NCBI GenBank assembly: GCA_963726435.1
Contig: CAVSCJ010000005.1
Coordinates: forward strand, 81,452 to 145,451
Direction: 5' to 3'
From: an uncultured Coriobacteriia bacterium
Lineage (GTDB): Bacteria > Actinomycetota > Coriobacteriia > Anaerosomatales > PALSA-660
Length of the DNA: 64,000 nucleotides
Under the pieces are notes generated by a model that did not search any database, had not been told where the DNA came from, and worked only from the letters and a program-made list of their open reading frames with translations. Shown piece after piece: positions 30,137-40,256 of the stretch (position 1 is the first letter of the stretch; every line of letters starts with the position of its first letter). The position numbers were made by a program, and so were the translations under genes.

Positions 30137-30562
30137 CTACTCGACGATGACCGTCAGATCGAACGTCCGCTCAGGCGGAACGCCCTTCTCCCAATAGCGG
30201 ACGTACTCCAGGTCCAGGTCGCCCGTGCCGAAAGCTGCGGCAGTGTAGGTGAGCACCCGCGTGCCGCCGGCGCCGACGACACCTGGAGTGGCCGACGACT
30301 CGAAAGCGTCGTCCTTCTCCGTCAGCTGGGGCGGCAGGGACTCGACCACCTTCCAGTCGAAGCCCGTCGAAGGGTTGGAGTCCAGGGACACCACCAGCTC
30401 GGCGCCCTGCTTGAGTCGGATCGTCGTACCGTCGGCGCTCGCGTCCACCCTCATCGTGCCGGAAATCGGCGCGGGAGTCTGTGGTTGGGCCGTACATGCC
30501 ACGACCAAGGCGACCGGCAACACGATCGAGAGCACCGCAACGACTCTCACGGACCTGTGCAT
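30137..30562 (-). CDS. Chagasin-family (I42) cysteine-peptidase inhibitor, predicted lipoprotein.
   Basis: Signal/lipobox VALVVAC, plus the three chagasin loops SNPSTGFDW, VVGAGGTRV and VRYWEKG. Confidence 0.85.
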   Translation of the reverse strand: MHRSVRVVAVLSIVLPVALVVACTAQPQTPAPISGTMRVDASADGTTIRLKQGAELVVSLDSNPSTGFDWKVVESLPPQLTEKDDAFESSATPGVVGAGGTRVLTYTAAAFGTGDLDLEYVRYWEKGVPPERTFDLTVIVE

Positions 30563-30786
30563 CGCTGACACCTCCCCGGTATCGGACATACCCCTTTAGA
30601 CGCGGCGGACCGGGTAGAGGATCACGGTCTTCGGCACCTTGTCCGCCGGAGGTGGGAAACCACTGTCTTCAGGTTGTTGAACAGTAGCAGCTGCACTTCC
30701 AGCGCATCCACTCGTGCTGCTCGGATGGCGGACGGAAGGCGCCGACGCACTAGTACGGCACCCGGATGGCGCTGGGCTGCCGGTCC

Positions 30787-32130
30787 CTACTTCAGCAGCA
30801 CGCTCGCTGTGACCGTCTTGGCGCCCAGCCACCAGGAGAACGCCGGCAGCTCCGCCTTGAAACGGTAGACGCCCTTCCGCATGCCCTTCTTGAATGCGAA
30901 GGTGCACTTCCAGGCGCCTGCGCCACCGGACGAGTATACGCTGTGGCTGTGATACCGGACCCAGGTGCTGGAGCCCGGCTTCTGCACGTAGACGGTGTAG
31001 GCCCGGCCGACCGCCGCCCCCGGCGTGACCACTCCTCGCAGGGTGATTCTGCGTCCTACGTGCGAGTGGCCTGCGCTCGCCTTGATCGTCAGACTGGACT
31101 TCGGCCGGACCAGTGAGATCTCGTCGAGGACGGCGGACGTCCCGGACACAGTCTCGGTCGGGCTGAGAGTCGTGGTGCCGCCGGCGAGCCGGACCCAGAC
31201 GCGAGCCCTGACCGCGTCCGGCGGCGACTTGGTGAAGATCGACATCTGGCGGAACGATGAGGCGTTGGCGCCCGCGACATCGCCGCTCGTGTGGGTCGTC
31301 AGCACCGAGGCCCCGACGGCGTCCAGGTACTCGAGGCGGAACTCCAGTCCCGCTGGGTCGCACGTCGTCCGCGCCCACGCCGAAACGCAGTAGCTCGTCT
31401 CCGGGCTGATCGTGACGACCTGCGACATCCAGGCGACGGACGACCGGCTGGCGCTCGTGTTGAGCAACTTCGCCGAGTTGTGCGTCGACTTCACCGGAGT
31501 CTTGAGGTGCGCGGTCACGGTCGTGTCGTGGGAACCGGAGAACGACCACCACACGGCCTCGTTGCGCCAGGTTATGCGGGAGAGCGCCCACACGTCGAAC
31601 GACCCGTTGCGCAGGAGGTTCGACGGCGGCGCGCTCGCCTGGATGCGGTTGTAGCGGCAGGCGTGGTAGCCGGCGTCCAGATCGCTGGCGATGTACTTGA
31701 TGTTCGTGACCGTGCCGGACGCGTTGCTGGAGCTGGTCTGCTCGTATGTGACGTACATCGTGTGCGAGTCGTCCACCCACCCGTAGAAGATCCGGATGTG
31801 GCCGACCTTGTGCAGCGCGTCGCCGGGCTGGAGATCGGCCACGGCGATCCTGTGCGTGACGTGGTGGAACGAGGAGGTCGACCAACCCGGCTTCGAGGTG
31901 GCCCAGCACATCGACGCGTAGCCGGAGCAATCAGTGCGGTAGCCGAGGTAGGTCCTGTGCTGGCTGTAGTGGACGTGCTTGTCCATCCACGTCTGCGCGC
32001 GAGCGAGCACGGTCGCGCGCGTGATGGCGAAGGCGCTCGGCGCGCAGAGCAGGGTGAGGGCCAGAACGAAGAAGATCGCAAGGCCGGCGACCCACGCGTG
32101 CGAATGCTGTCTTCCCGCTCGGCTTACCAC
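30787..32130 (-). CDS. Secreted multidomain protein: N-terminal papain-like (NlpC/P60-like) domain, a CBM-like jelly-roll domain and a C-terminal Ig-like domain.
   Basis: Signal peptide ...LLCAPSAFA. Putative Cys/His pair in TDCSGYASMCW and GHIRIFYGW. Central NLLRNGSFDVW... region typical of CBM4_9-like modules. Confidence 0.7.
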   Translation of the reverse strand: MVSRAGRQHSHAWVAGLAIFFVLALTLLCAPSAFAITRATVLARAQTWMDKHVHYSQHRTYLGYRTDCSGYASMCWATSKPGWSTSSFHHVTHRIAVADLQPGDALHKVGHIRIFYGWVDDSHTMYVTYEQTSSSNASGTVTNIKYIASDLDAGYHACRYNRIQASAPPSNLLRNGSFDVWALSRITWRNEAVWWSFSGSHDTTVTAHLKTPVKSTHNSAKLLNTSASRSSVAWMSQVVTISPETSYCVSAWARTTCDPAGLEFRLEYLDAVGASVLTTHTSGDVAGANASSFRQMSIFTKSPPDAVRARVWVRLAGGTTTLSPTETVSGTSAVLDEISLVRPKSSLTIKASAGHSHVGRRITLRGVVTPGAAVGRAYTVYVQKPGSSTWVRYHSHSVYSSGGAGAWKCTFAFKKGMRKGVYRFKAELPAFSWWLGAKTVTASVLLK

Positions 32131-32293
32131 GCGCACCTCCCGCGACGTTCAGCGTACACCCCCTACCGCCCGTCATCGGCACGCGAGGGCTGACGCGGGA
32201 GGGCCTGCGAGCCCGTAAGCGCGCGACACCTCGCGCCGGCGACAGCAGGCCCTCGAGAGCCTCCGGGGATGCCGGCTCCCGCGAGCGCGCGGT

Positions 32294-33613
32294 CTACCCT
32301 TCCGGCTCCGGGAGGAGTTCGCGCTCCATGTCCTCTAGCCGCTCCAGCTCACGAGTGGCCCACGACACCTCTTGCTCGGCCTGAGTGCGACGGGCGCTCA
32401 CCGCAGCGGCGCGCTCGAGTTCGACCGCCTCGCGCACGCGGGCCTGATCCTCTTCACGCTCGCGTTCGTGTTCGACGTAGGCCTCGATCCCCTCACTCAG
32501 GCGTTTGAGCCCCTCCAGCGCTCCGTGCAGCACGTTCAGCGAGGACGCGGTGTCATCCAGCCCGAAGGAAGCCAGCAGTCGCCCGAGCTCCTCCCGGCGA
32601 TCGCGCTCCTGGTCCCGCTCTGCTTCGACGGCGGCGAGCTCGCGTTCCTTCGCCTTCGTGAAGGCGGACGAGACCGCTCTGCGGGCCTTCAGGTCCGCGA
32701 TCGTCTGCCGGTATCGCATCGATTCGGAGTGCCGCCGTTCTTCGCTCTGGCGCCTGCGGTCCTTCTGCTCTTGGAGCTGCGACTGCACGCGAGCGAGCTT
32801 GCTCTTGAGCTCGTCACGCTCCTCGCACAGGACCCGCAGCACCTCGGGTCTGTCGCCACCGCCGATCTGGATCTGGCCGATCGTTCCAGCCTGCTCCCCA
32901 GCGAAGCCCGGGGCCTGCGCGGACTCCGCCGCCTGCGCGTCGAGACCGCCGCGCAGGAACTGGAGCTCACCCTCGCGCTTGACGGGCGACCCGGTGCCTG
33001 CGCTACGGCGCAGGCGTCGCTCGCTCCATCCGAACCCTCTCTCGCGGCCGGCCGGCGCCGGGGCTGCTTCCGGCTGGGCATCGAAGGGGCCTTCCGGCTC
33101 CTGGAGCTCCCGGGGCTCCTCTAGCGCCGCGGGAGGGTCGGGAACCGCAGCGATGCGCGCCGGAACGCCGCGGTGGCTTGCGGGCTCTGCATCGGCCGGG
33201 CCGGAGTCCCCGGCTGCGGCCTGGGATGCGGAGTCGGTCTCCGCGGCGGGAAGGATGGCGCGCGCCGAAGCGTCGTCCGGCAAGTCCGCCCCGACGGCCA
33301 TCTCGGGGCCGGCGGCGTCAGCCGCTTCGTCCTCGGTCTCCGGTAGCGTCTGCTCGTCCGCCGGAGGATCGTACGGCCGCTCGGCAGTGGCTTCTTCCGA
33401 AGCAGCGTCCTCCGCCGGAAGGTCGCCTGCGGCTGCTTCTTCCTGCAGAGCGCCCAGCTCCGCCTCAAGGTCTGACTGGGCCTCATCTTCAGGCTCCTGC
33501 ACGAAGATGCTCTCCGTGAGCGCGAGCGCACGGTCGAGGTCGCCGGTGGCGATCGCCGCGAAGACCTGATTGACCTGCACAGCCTCCTGCGGCAGGGCAT
33601 CGAGGTACCTCAT
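32294..33613 (-). CDS. Hypothetical acidic, disordered protein with a C-terminal coiled coil.
   Basis: ATG 33613 follows GGGGGAG. 439 aa. The long Asp/Glu/Ala/Pro-rich middle has no TM helix. The C-terminal heptad-like region is ELKSKLARVQSQLQEQKDRRRQSEERR... Confidence 0.6.
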   Translation of the reverse strand: MRYLDALPQEAVQVNQVFAAIATGDLDRALALTESIFVQEPEDEAQSDLEAELGALQEEAAAGDLPAEDAASEEATAERPYDPPADEQTLPETEDEAADAAGPEMAVGADLPDDASARAILPAAETDSASQAAAGDSGPADAEPASHRGVPARIAAVPDPPAALEEPRELQEPEGPFDAQPEAAPAPAGRERGFGWSERRLRRSAGTGSPVKREGELQFLRGGLDAQAAESAQAPGFAGEQAGTIGQIQIGGGDRPEVLRVLCEERDELKSKLARVQSQLQEQKDRRRQSEERRHSESMRYRQTIADLKARRAVSSAFTKAKERELAAVEAERDQERDRREELGRLLASFGLDDTASSLNVLHGALEGLKRLSEGIEAYVEHEREREEDQARVREAVELERAAAVSARRTQAEQEVSWATRELERLEDMERELLPEPEG

Positions 33614-33832
33614 GTGACGCTCCCCCGCGCCGGTGGAGCCACGGTCACATGTGTCGCATCCATACTTGCCCTTGATTCCGTCGCCGATTCGGCGAGATTC
33701 TGCCCATCGCGGATACACGACCAGTCCTAGATATCGGCCTGGTGCGCGCTTGCCTTGAGCCGAGAACCTCGCCTGCTGCGCCAAGGCGCCCAGACCGGCC
33801 CAGACCAGATGAAGCGAGGCCGGCTCGCGGGG

Positions 33833-34937
33833 TCAGGCGGAGCTTCTGGCGAGCTTCAGCGCCAGATGAGGGAACGCGCTCACGACCATGTCGACCAGCC
33901 GACCAGGTGGACGCGTGAGCGCATCCGTCACGGGAATGCCGAGTTCGAGCTCGTAGAGCACGATCGCGGTCGTGACTTCGGCGTCGGTCATGTGCTCGTG
34001 ATTGAGGGTCAGGCCGATGACCTTCGTGTCGGCGAACGCCTCGATCAGATCGATCTCGCTCCGGGGCGTCGGCATCGGGACGTCGGGGAAGTCGCTCATG
34101 CGCGTGCGCGCGGGCGCGTGCTGCAGGATGACGGCTTGAGGCTTGCTGCCGCGCAGGATGGCGCACGACGAGACGTAGGCGGGGTGGATCAGTGCACCCT
34201 GGCCCTCGATGACGATCACGTCCGGGTCCTCGCCGTCGAAGGCTTCGACCACGGAGGCTTCCATCTCCCCGGAGCAGAACTGGATGGGGACGGCGTCGAG
34301 CGCCACGCCGTAGCGGACGCCCTGGATGAGGCTCGTCTGCCCGGTCCCGACCAGAACCGCCTTGATGCCGCGCTGGTTGAGAGCCCGCACGAGGATCGTC
34401 GCCGTCGTGCGCTTGCCGATCGCGCCGTCGGTGCCCAGAACGGCGATGCGCGGACAGGTGACCGACGTCGATGCGCCCGCTCCAGAGCCGCAGGTGCTTC
34501 TTGTCTCGCGGGCGCCGCACGTCCAGGATCCTCACCCCGTGCGCCGCGGCCGCCGCTGCGAACTCGGGATCGTCGTTGAGGAACTCGTGGAGCCCGTTGA
34601 CGAGGTTCATCCCCAGTCCGATGGCTTCGAGCATGACCCCTCGTTCGACGGCGGAGAGCATGCCGCTCGAGGGCGCGATCCCGAAGACGAAGTAGTCGGG
34701 GACGCGACCGGCGATGGCGATCGCCTCCTCGAGATCGACGCAAAGCGGGATCCCGTTCGGCGTGCCGTCGAGCACGAACCCCGCATCGAGCCCGGCCTTC
34801 TGGCTGTCGATCACCGCGAGGATCTCGTACTTCTCGGAGTAGCGGACCAGACCGTTCGCGGTCTTGCCGTCGATGTCTCCGAAGTTCGCTTCGGCGTACA
34901 CGACGGCGGTGCCTTCGGTCGCGGGTGAACTGGACAT
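33833..34937 (-). pseudogene. DUF1611 family protein (DgcN-like) with one frame break at about 34463.
   Basis: The N-terminal half MSSSPATEGTAVVYAEANFGDIDGKTANGLVRYSEKY... is in ORF 33645..35576(-). TCPRIAVLGTDGAIGKRTTATILVRALNQRGIKAV... continues in ORF 33833..34390(-). Confidence 0.8.
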
Positions 34938-34987
34938 GTCGTCCTCCACATGGGCTGTCGGGGACCTACATGAAGGATTGTCCCACG

Positions 34988-35923
34988 CTACGCGGGAGTC
35001 GAACCGAACGGCAGCTGGTCGCGCAGGAAGTCGTCGGCGTTGGCGAATGCGAACTTCTCCGCGAGGTCTGCTCCGTAGGCGCGGTCGACCGCGACAAGCA
35101 AGGCGACCAGGGATGCGGGATCCGCAAGCTCGCCCATGGCCGAGACTCCCCAGTCGCTGCCGATCGAGACTGCGCCTTCGCCGGCCAGCGTGGCGATCCT
35201 GTCGACGTGGCCGAGGGCCTCGTCGACGGACCCGTGCTCGCCCAGGAAGTCCGGCGGGAACGCCAGACCGACGAGTCCGCCATGCTCGCCGAGAGCGCGC
35301 AGCTGATCGTCTGAAAGCCCCCTGGGATGCTCCACGATCGACCGGCAGAACGAGTGCGTCTCGAGCACCGGAGGCGAGTACAGCTCCAGTGCCTCGTAGA
35401 AGCCGGCCTCGTTGAGGTGGGCGAGGTCCAGGAAGAGCGGGCTCGTCTCGAGCTCGCCGAGGAGTCGCCGACCCGCCCCCTTGAGAGGGGCGGCGCCGTC
35501 GTCGTAGCAGCTGAACCCGTATGAGGTCTCGTAGTTCCAGGTCAACGAGAGACTCCGCAGGCAGTGCAGTCTCCAAAGCGTGTCGAGCGCGTCGGGCCCA
35601 ACACCCGGGAGTTCAAGACCTTCGGAGTGTGGAAGCACCCCCGTCCGCGGGTCCTCGGCGTCCAGGTCTTCGACGGTGGTTATCAGACGCAGGTGAGAGC
35701 CGTGTGAGGCGAGCAACTCGCCGTGAGCCTGGAGCTGGACGAGCAGACTGCTCTCAGGATGGTGCGGATACAGGGATGACCAGACAGCGGCGGCGCGGTG
35801 CGACCCGGAGAGGTAGCACGAACCGTAGACAGGAAAACCCCCATCGAGAAGGGCCACCCCGGACAGGATGTCCTGGTGCAGGTCGATGACCACGGGGGTC
35901 GGGCGTTCGCTGTGACCCTGCAA
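34988..35923 (-). CDS. Membrane dipeptidase family (peptidase M19).
   Basis: VVIDLHQD, SLTWNYETS, LDLAHLNEAGF, ETHSFCRSIVEHPRGLSDDQL, GGLVGLAF, IGSDWG. The start (TTG 35923 or a downstream GTG) is uncertain. Confidence 0.8.
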   Translation of the reverse strand: MQGHSERPTPVVIDLHQDILSGVALLDGGFPVYGSCYLSGSHRAAAVWSSLYPHHPESSLLVQLQAHGELLASHGSHLRLITTVEDLDAEDPRTGVLPHSEGLELPGVGPDALDTLWRLHCLRSLSLTWNYETSYGFSCYDDGAAPLKGAGRRLLGELETSPLFLDLAHLNEAGFYEALELYSPPVLETHSFCRSIVEHPRGLSDDQLRALGEHGGLVGLAFPPDFLGEHGSVDEALGHVDRIATLAGEGAVSIGSDWGVSAMGELADPASLVALLVAVDRAYGADLAEKFAFANADDFLRDQLPFGSTPA

Positions 35924-36054
35924 GGCGTGTACCTGCGCGTTCTCTCGTCTGCCGACTGGGCACCGTTCCGGACAGGGTGCGGTCGGACGCGGGACCGCGC
36001 ACGCGCTTCACTAGCGAGAACGGTTCCAACCGGCACGGATCCAAGCGGGCGCGG

Positions 36055-37272
36055 CTACGGCGTCAGCAGTCTCGACTCCTTCAGCCGCGTCGCCAGCACC
36101 AGGCCCACTAGCATCAACCCGATCAGAACGACCAGCGACGGGGTCATCGAGCCGGTCGCCGGAACCTTGAGGGCGTCCATCGCCAGGATGAACGCGATGC
36201 CTGAGACCTGCCCCATGAGCAGCAGCATGCCGTTCGAGGTCCCTTCGGGCGTGGGGCGGGCGATCTCGGCGCCGTACTGGAAGCCTATGGGCCCGGAGCT
36301 GAGGAGGAAGAAGCCGAGGACCGAAGAGGACAGCATGAGCATGAGGGTGCTCGTCGCGAACGTGACGCCGGCAAGCCCCACGGTGGCGCCCGCGATCGCG
36401 ACGACGATGAAGGGCACCCTGCGACGGTAGCGGTCGGACAGGATGGGCAGGACCACCGCGCCGACGACGCCCCCCAGGATCATCAGGCCGCCGGCGTTCC
36501 CGGCGTCGATGGCCGTGAATCCGCGCGGGCGAAGGATCTCCTCGATCCAGGTGGTCACGGCGTTGAAGATCCCGAGCCCGATGAAGAAGATCAGCATCAG
36601 CAGCACGAAGTCCCGCTTGCGCAGCGCCTGCTTGAGCCCGTCGAACATGAGCGTGCGCTCTTCCTCTTCCGGCGGTCCTATGGGGGTTGGAGGGCGCTCG
36701 CGGGCGACGACCAGGAATATGACCCCGGCTATGAGCGCGCCGACCCCGTAGGCGAGCAGCATCCGGGCGATCCCGCCGTGGAGGCTGAGCCACGGGGTGA
36801 GCACCAGAGCGACGAGGATGCCGACGTAGACCGCCAACGACCCCATGCCCGCAGCCGTGGCCCGCTCATCGAGCGGGAACCAGCGAGCGGACACCTTGGT
36901 CACCGCGTTGAGGATGAAGGGCTGGCCGACCGCGATGCCGATCTGCGCGATCAGCACGAGCGTGTAGTCCGTGGCCACCAGGCCGCGCATGAGCCCGAAC
37001 ACGCCGGTCAGCCCGGCGCCGATCGCCACGGACACACGGAAGCCGAAGGTGTCGATCACCCACGAAGCGGGGATGGAGACGATCAGGTAGGTGGCCATGA
37101 AGCTCAGTGACAGCAGACCGATGCTGAGGCTCGAGACGCCGTAGTACTCCGCCGAACTGCTGGTGATCGGCGCGAAGGTGATCCACAGCAGCTGGTTGAA
37201 GGCCACGGTGAGCATGAAGGCCGCAAGGACGACCCATCGGTAGCCGTGGGCCTTGTAGGCGGGCGCTTCCAT
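36055..37272 (-). CDS. MFS transporter.
   Basis: 405 aa from ATG 37272, with 12 predicted hydrophobic helices and a central loop RERPPTPIGPPEEEERTL. Confidence 0.85.
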   Translation of the reverse strand: MEAPAYKAHGYRWVVLAAFMLTVAFNQLLWITFAPITSSSAEYYGVSSLSIGLLSLSFMATYLIVSIPASWVIDTFGFRVSVAIGAGLTGVFGLMRGLVATDYTLVLIAQIGIAVGQPFILNAVTKVSARWFPLDERATAAGMGSLAVYVGILVALVLTPWLSLHGGIARMLLAYGVGALIAGVIFLVVARERPPTPIGPPEEEERTLMFDGLKQALRKRDFVLLMLIFFIGLGIFNAVTTWIEEILRPRGFTAIDAGNAGGLMILGGVVGAVVLPILSDRYRRRVPFIVVAIAGATVGLAGVTFATSTLMLMLSSSVLGFFLLSSGPIGFQYGAEIARPTPEGTSNGMLLLMGQVSGIAFILAMDALKVPATGSMTPSLVVLIGLMLVGLVLATRLKESRLLTP

Positions 37273-37394
37273 CGGACCCCCGGCTCGTAGTCGAACGGTG
37301 CACGTCTCGGCAAGGACGATGGCAGGTCGAGGCGCGCGCGTACAGTGCCAGGACAGCACTACCCGCCATGGTGCGGGGGCGCGCGTCGACCGGG

Positions 37395-38501
37395 TCACCG
37401 GCCGAGCAATCCCAACACAGCGTCGGCTATGGCTCTCGAAGCTTCCGGACGAGCCATCTCGAGCATCCGGGCGGACATCGCGCTCAGCTCGCCGTTGCCG
37501 GACCGCAGCCAACGCTCGACCAGCGCCGCGGCCCGCTTCGGGCCCGGCTCGAACACAGCTCCGCCGTTGCGCTCGGCCCACGCGACGTTGTCCTCTTCCT
37601 GTCCGGGGACGAAGCCCGTCAGCAGCGTCGGCAGCCCGAGGCACGCGGCCTCGGCGACAGTCCCGGGCCCGGCCTTCGTGAGCAGGATGTCCGCCGCGAC
37701 CATCCACTCGGCCACGCGGTTCGTGAGCCCGAGGACGGCGACCGGGATCGGCCAGACGGCGCCCTCCAGCCGCCTCCGCAGGCGCTCGTTCCCGCCGGCG
37801 ATCACTGCCATCTGAGAGGGCACACCACCGTCCGCCAGCCGCTTGGCGACAGCGGCCGCCATCCCTCCGATGCGCCCCATCCCGGCGCCTCCTCCCATGA
37901 CGAGCACGAGCGGGAGGCCCGTCTCCACGCCCAGGGCGCGCCGGGCCTCGGCCTTCGACAGTCCCCGGGCCTCAACGAAGGCGCGTCGGATCGGCAATCC
38001 CGTCGCGACGACGCGGTTCGGCCGCATGCCCGCCTCGATCGCCAGCAGACGGATGTCACCGTCGGAGACGCAGCACAGGTCGGCACGCCTGGTGAACCAC
38101 GAGACGGGCGGCACCCCGCCGTCGACGACGACCGAGACGAACGGCGCCTTGCACCCGGCCGAGCGCATCGCCCGCAGGGGGACGCCGTTCAGTAGAGCGT
38201 GCACGCTGATCACGAGATCGGGCCTGGTGTCGAGGATGGCGCGTGCCATGTCCTCGCGGAGCAGTCCGTACGCCCCTCCCTCGAGGAGCCTGACACCGAC
38301 AGGAGTCATGACGACGTTGTAGGCGAGCCGGTAGAGGTCGGGCGCGATCGCGACCACGGGAGCATAGGAGTCCGAAACGTGGTTGAACGGGAACCGCGCG
38401 TGCTCGTCGAGCATGTTGACGAGCGTCACAGAAGCGCGACCCTCGAAAGCCTCCTCCAGGCTCTGGGCCGAGGCGAGGTGCCCGCCGCCGGCCCCTGTCA
38501 T
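37395..38501 (-). CDS. GT28-family glycosyltransferase (MGDG synthase / diacylglycerol glycosyltransferase-like). The N-terminus may extend to GTG 38550 through a CCCC-run indel.
   Basis: (RITIL)MTGAGGGHLASAQSL, LVLVMGGGAGMG, ADILLTKAGPGTVAEAACLGLP, GQEEDN. The conserved first strand RITIL lies upstream of the first ATG and has no in-frame start. Confidence 0.8.
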   Translation of the reverse strand: MTGAGGGHLASAQSLEEAFEGRASVTLVNMLDEHARFPFNHVSDSYAPVVAIAPDLYRLAYNVVMTPVGVRLLEGGAYGLLREDMARAILDTRPDLVISVHALLNGVPLRAMRSAGCKAPFVSVVVDGGVPPVSWFTRRADLCCVSDGDIRLLAIEAGMRPNRVVATGLPIRRAFVEARGLSKAEARRALGVETGLPLVLVMGGGAGMGRIGGMAAAVAKRLADGGVPSQMAVIAGGNERLRRRLEGAVWPIPVAVLGLTNRVAEWMVAADILLTKAGPGTVAEAACLGLPTLLTGFVPGQEEDNVAWAERNGGAVFEPGPKRAAALVERWLRSGNGELSAMSARMLEMARPEASRAIADAVLGLLGR

Positions 38502-38567
38502 CAGGATGGTGATCCTGGGGAGTCCGCCGGTCAGCCCTCCGGACCGACACGATCCGAGGCAGCGCGC

Positions 38568-40097
38568 TCACAGCTCCCGGCCTTCGGCGGATGCCGCGGC
38601 GGATTCGCGGACCGGGCGAACACCAAGGCGCAGCCTCTTTCGTGTCACCTTCCACTCCAGCGGCAGCCCCAGTGCCAGGTTGGTCTGCGCGTCGAGCGCG
38701 GGCAGCAGGCCGAACGCGATGCCTGCGACCGGAAGGAGCGCCCACATCTTCGCGATCTCGAGCGCCGCCCACATGAAGTGCCGGTCGCCAGGCGGGAACC
38801 GCACGACGTCGATCGCCATCGACGTGACGATCACGACTGTGGAGACCGTGAACAGCCCTGTGACCAGAATCGCGAGCGCGCCGGGCGGGCGAAGGAGCAC
38901 AGGCATCAGAGAGAGACTCGCCGCCGCGCTGAAGCCGACAACCGGCAGCACGTGGTCGTGAAGGACCTGACCCAATCGGAGCCAGACCGATCTGTCCGTC
39001 TTCCCTGAAAGCAGTTGCCCGGCGAGGAAGCCGACATCCGCGGCGCCCCAAGCATGCCGTCGCAACTGCACGTAGCGGTTGCGCAGCGCCGAGAGCCACG
39101 TGTCGCCCTCGGCCGAGTCCAGCGACACGGGAAGGTAGACGGGGACAACGGAGACGTCTCCTCCGCGCTGCACCATGTAGTCCAGGTAGATGTGCCAGTC
39201 CTCAGCGATGACCGCGGGGTCCCACCAGTCGCACTCCTGGGCGAGGCATAGGCTCATCGTGTACGTCGAGATGGGAAGCGGATCGTATCCGGGAAGGGTC
39301 AGCTCGGCCAGGACGTACAGTTGCGTCAACCGCGCTGTGAACCGCACCGGGGCCGGTACCCGCCACATGTTGTTGTGGTAGAGGAGCGGCGCCTGCCAGA
39401 AGCGGGTGTGCCGGCGTTCGTCGCGGGCAAAGAGCTCGGCGACCGCGGCGAAGTAGTTCGGATCGACCACGGAGTCGGCGTCGCAAGCGGTCAGCGTGAC
39501 GAGCGACGACGCGACGCCCATCCTCTCCAGCTCCTCGCGCGCCATCCGGGCGGCCCACCGCAGATTGGCCGCCTTGACCTGCAGCTCGCCCGGAAGGCCG
39601 TCGGGATGGATGGTCACGAGGACGTGCGCGAACGCGGCCGCGTACTCGCGCGCGAGCGTGTCCCCTTTCGCAGCCGAGCCGGACTCGCGCTCCTCCATGG
39701 CGAGCACGACCACGAGGCGCTCCGGCGCATCGCCCTGAGCGGCGAGCGCGTCGAGCGTCCGGCGCAGGACGGGAGCGGGCTCCGTGTGGTTCGGCACCAG
39801 CACCACATGCCACACGTCCGCCGGCGCTATTCCGCCTGGACCGGGAACGTCCCGCGCGGCGCCCCAGTCCTTGAGCCGCCACCGCCGGCAGCGCTGCACG
39901 CCGACCGTGTAGAGGAACAGGTGGGCGGTGATCCACACGACGAAGTAGGCGAAGAGGACGGCAGCGATCCACATCCACTGCAGCGGGAACAGCGCGAGCC
40001 CGAAGATCATCGCGATGACGACCGTCCAAGAGACGGCCGCTGGGAGAGCTTCCCCCATACGGATCCGCACCGATCGGACCCGGGTTGATGCAGTCAC
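38568..40097 (-). CDS. Integral-membrane GT2-family glycosyltransferase.
   Basis: N-terminal TM pair, catalytic region VVLVPNHTEP...LTACDADSVVDP...QAPLLYHNN...RRHAWGA, C-terminal TM cluster. GTG 40097 follows GAAGGGGA; ATG 40058 is an alternative start. Confidence 0.8.
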   Translation of the reverse strand: MTASTRVRSVRIRMGEALPAAVSWTVVIAMIFGLALFPLQWMWIAAVLFAYFVVWITAHLFLYTVGVQRCRRWRLKDWGAARDVPGPGGIAPADVWHVVLVPNHTEPAPVLRRTLDALAAQGDAPERLVVVLAMEERESGSAAKGDTLAREYAAAFAHVLVTIHPDGLPGELQVKAANLRWAARMAREELERMGVASSLVTLTACDADSVVDPNYFAAVAELFARDERRHTRFWQAPLLYHNNMWRVPAPVRFTARLTQLYVLAELTLPGYDPLPISTYTMSLCLAQECDWWDPAVIAEDWHIYLDYMVQRGGDVSVVPVYLPVSLDSAEGDTWLSALRNRYVQLRRHAWGAADVGFLAGQLLSGKTDRSVWLRLGQVLHDHVLPVVGFSAAASLSLMPVLLRPPGALAILVTGLFTVSTVVIVTSMAIDVVRFPPGDRHFMWAALEIAKMWALLPVAGIAFGLLPALDAQTNLALGLPLEWKVTRKRLRLGVRPVRESAAASAEGREL

Positions 40098-40256
40098 AGA
40101 GATCCCCTTCGAGGTGGCCTGAAGACGATGATGAGTGAACGGAGCTTCTTGGGGACAAGACCACACAGGAAACGCACGGCACTTCGCGCGCGTCCAGTGC
40201 CTGACCACACACTAGACTGTTGTCTACCCCGATGGTCCGAGAGAGCGGCTGCCCAC

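Noticed and set aside
30563-30786. The low-GC spacer might be a riboswitch (cobalamin or c-di-AMP/ydaO type), or might encode a tiny Cys-rich peptide (MRWKCSCYCSTT).
   Set aside because: I could not find the conserved cores of either riboswitch class in either orientation. The 12-codon ORF has no convincing RBS. It is kept only as part of the chagasin-locus finding.
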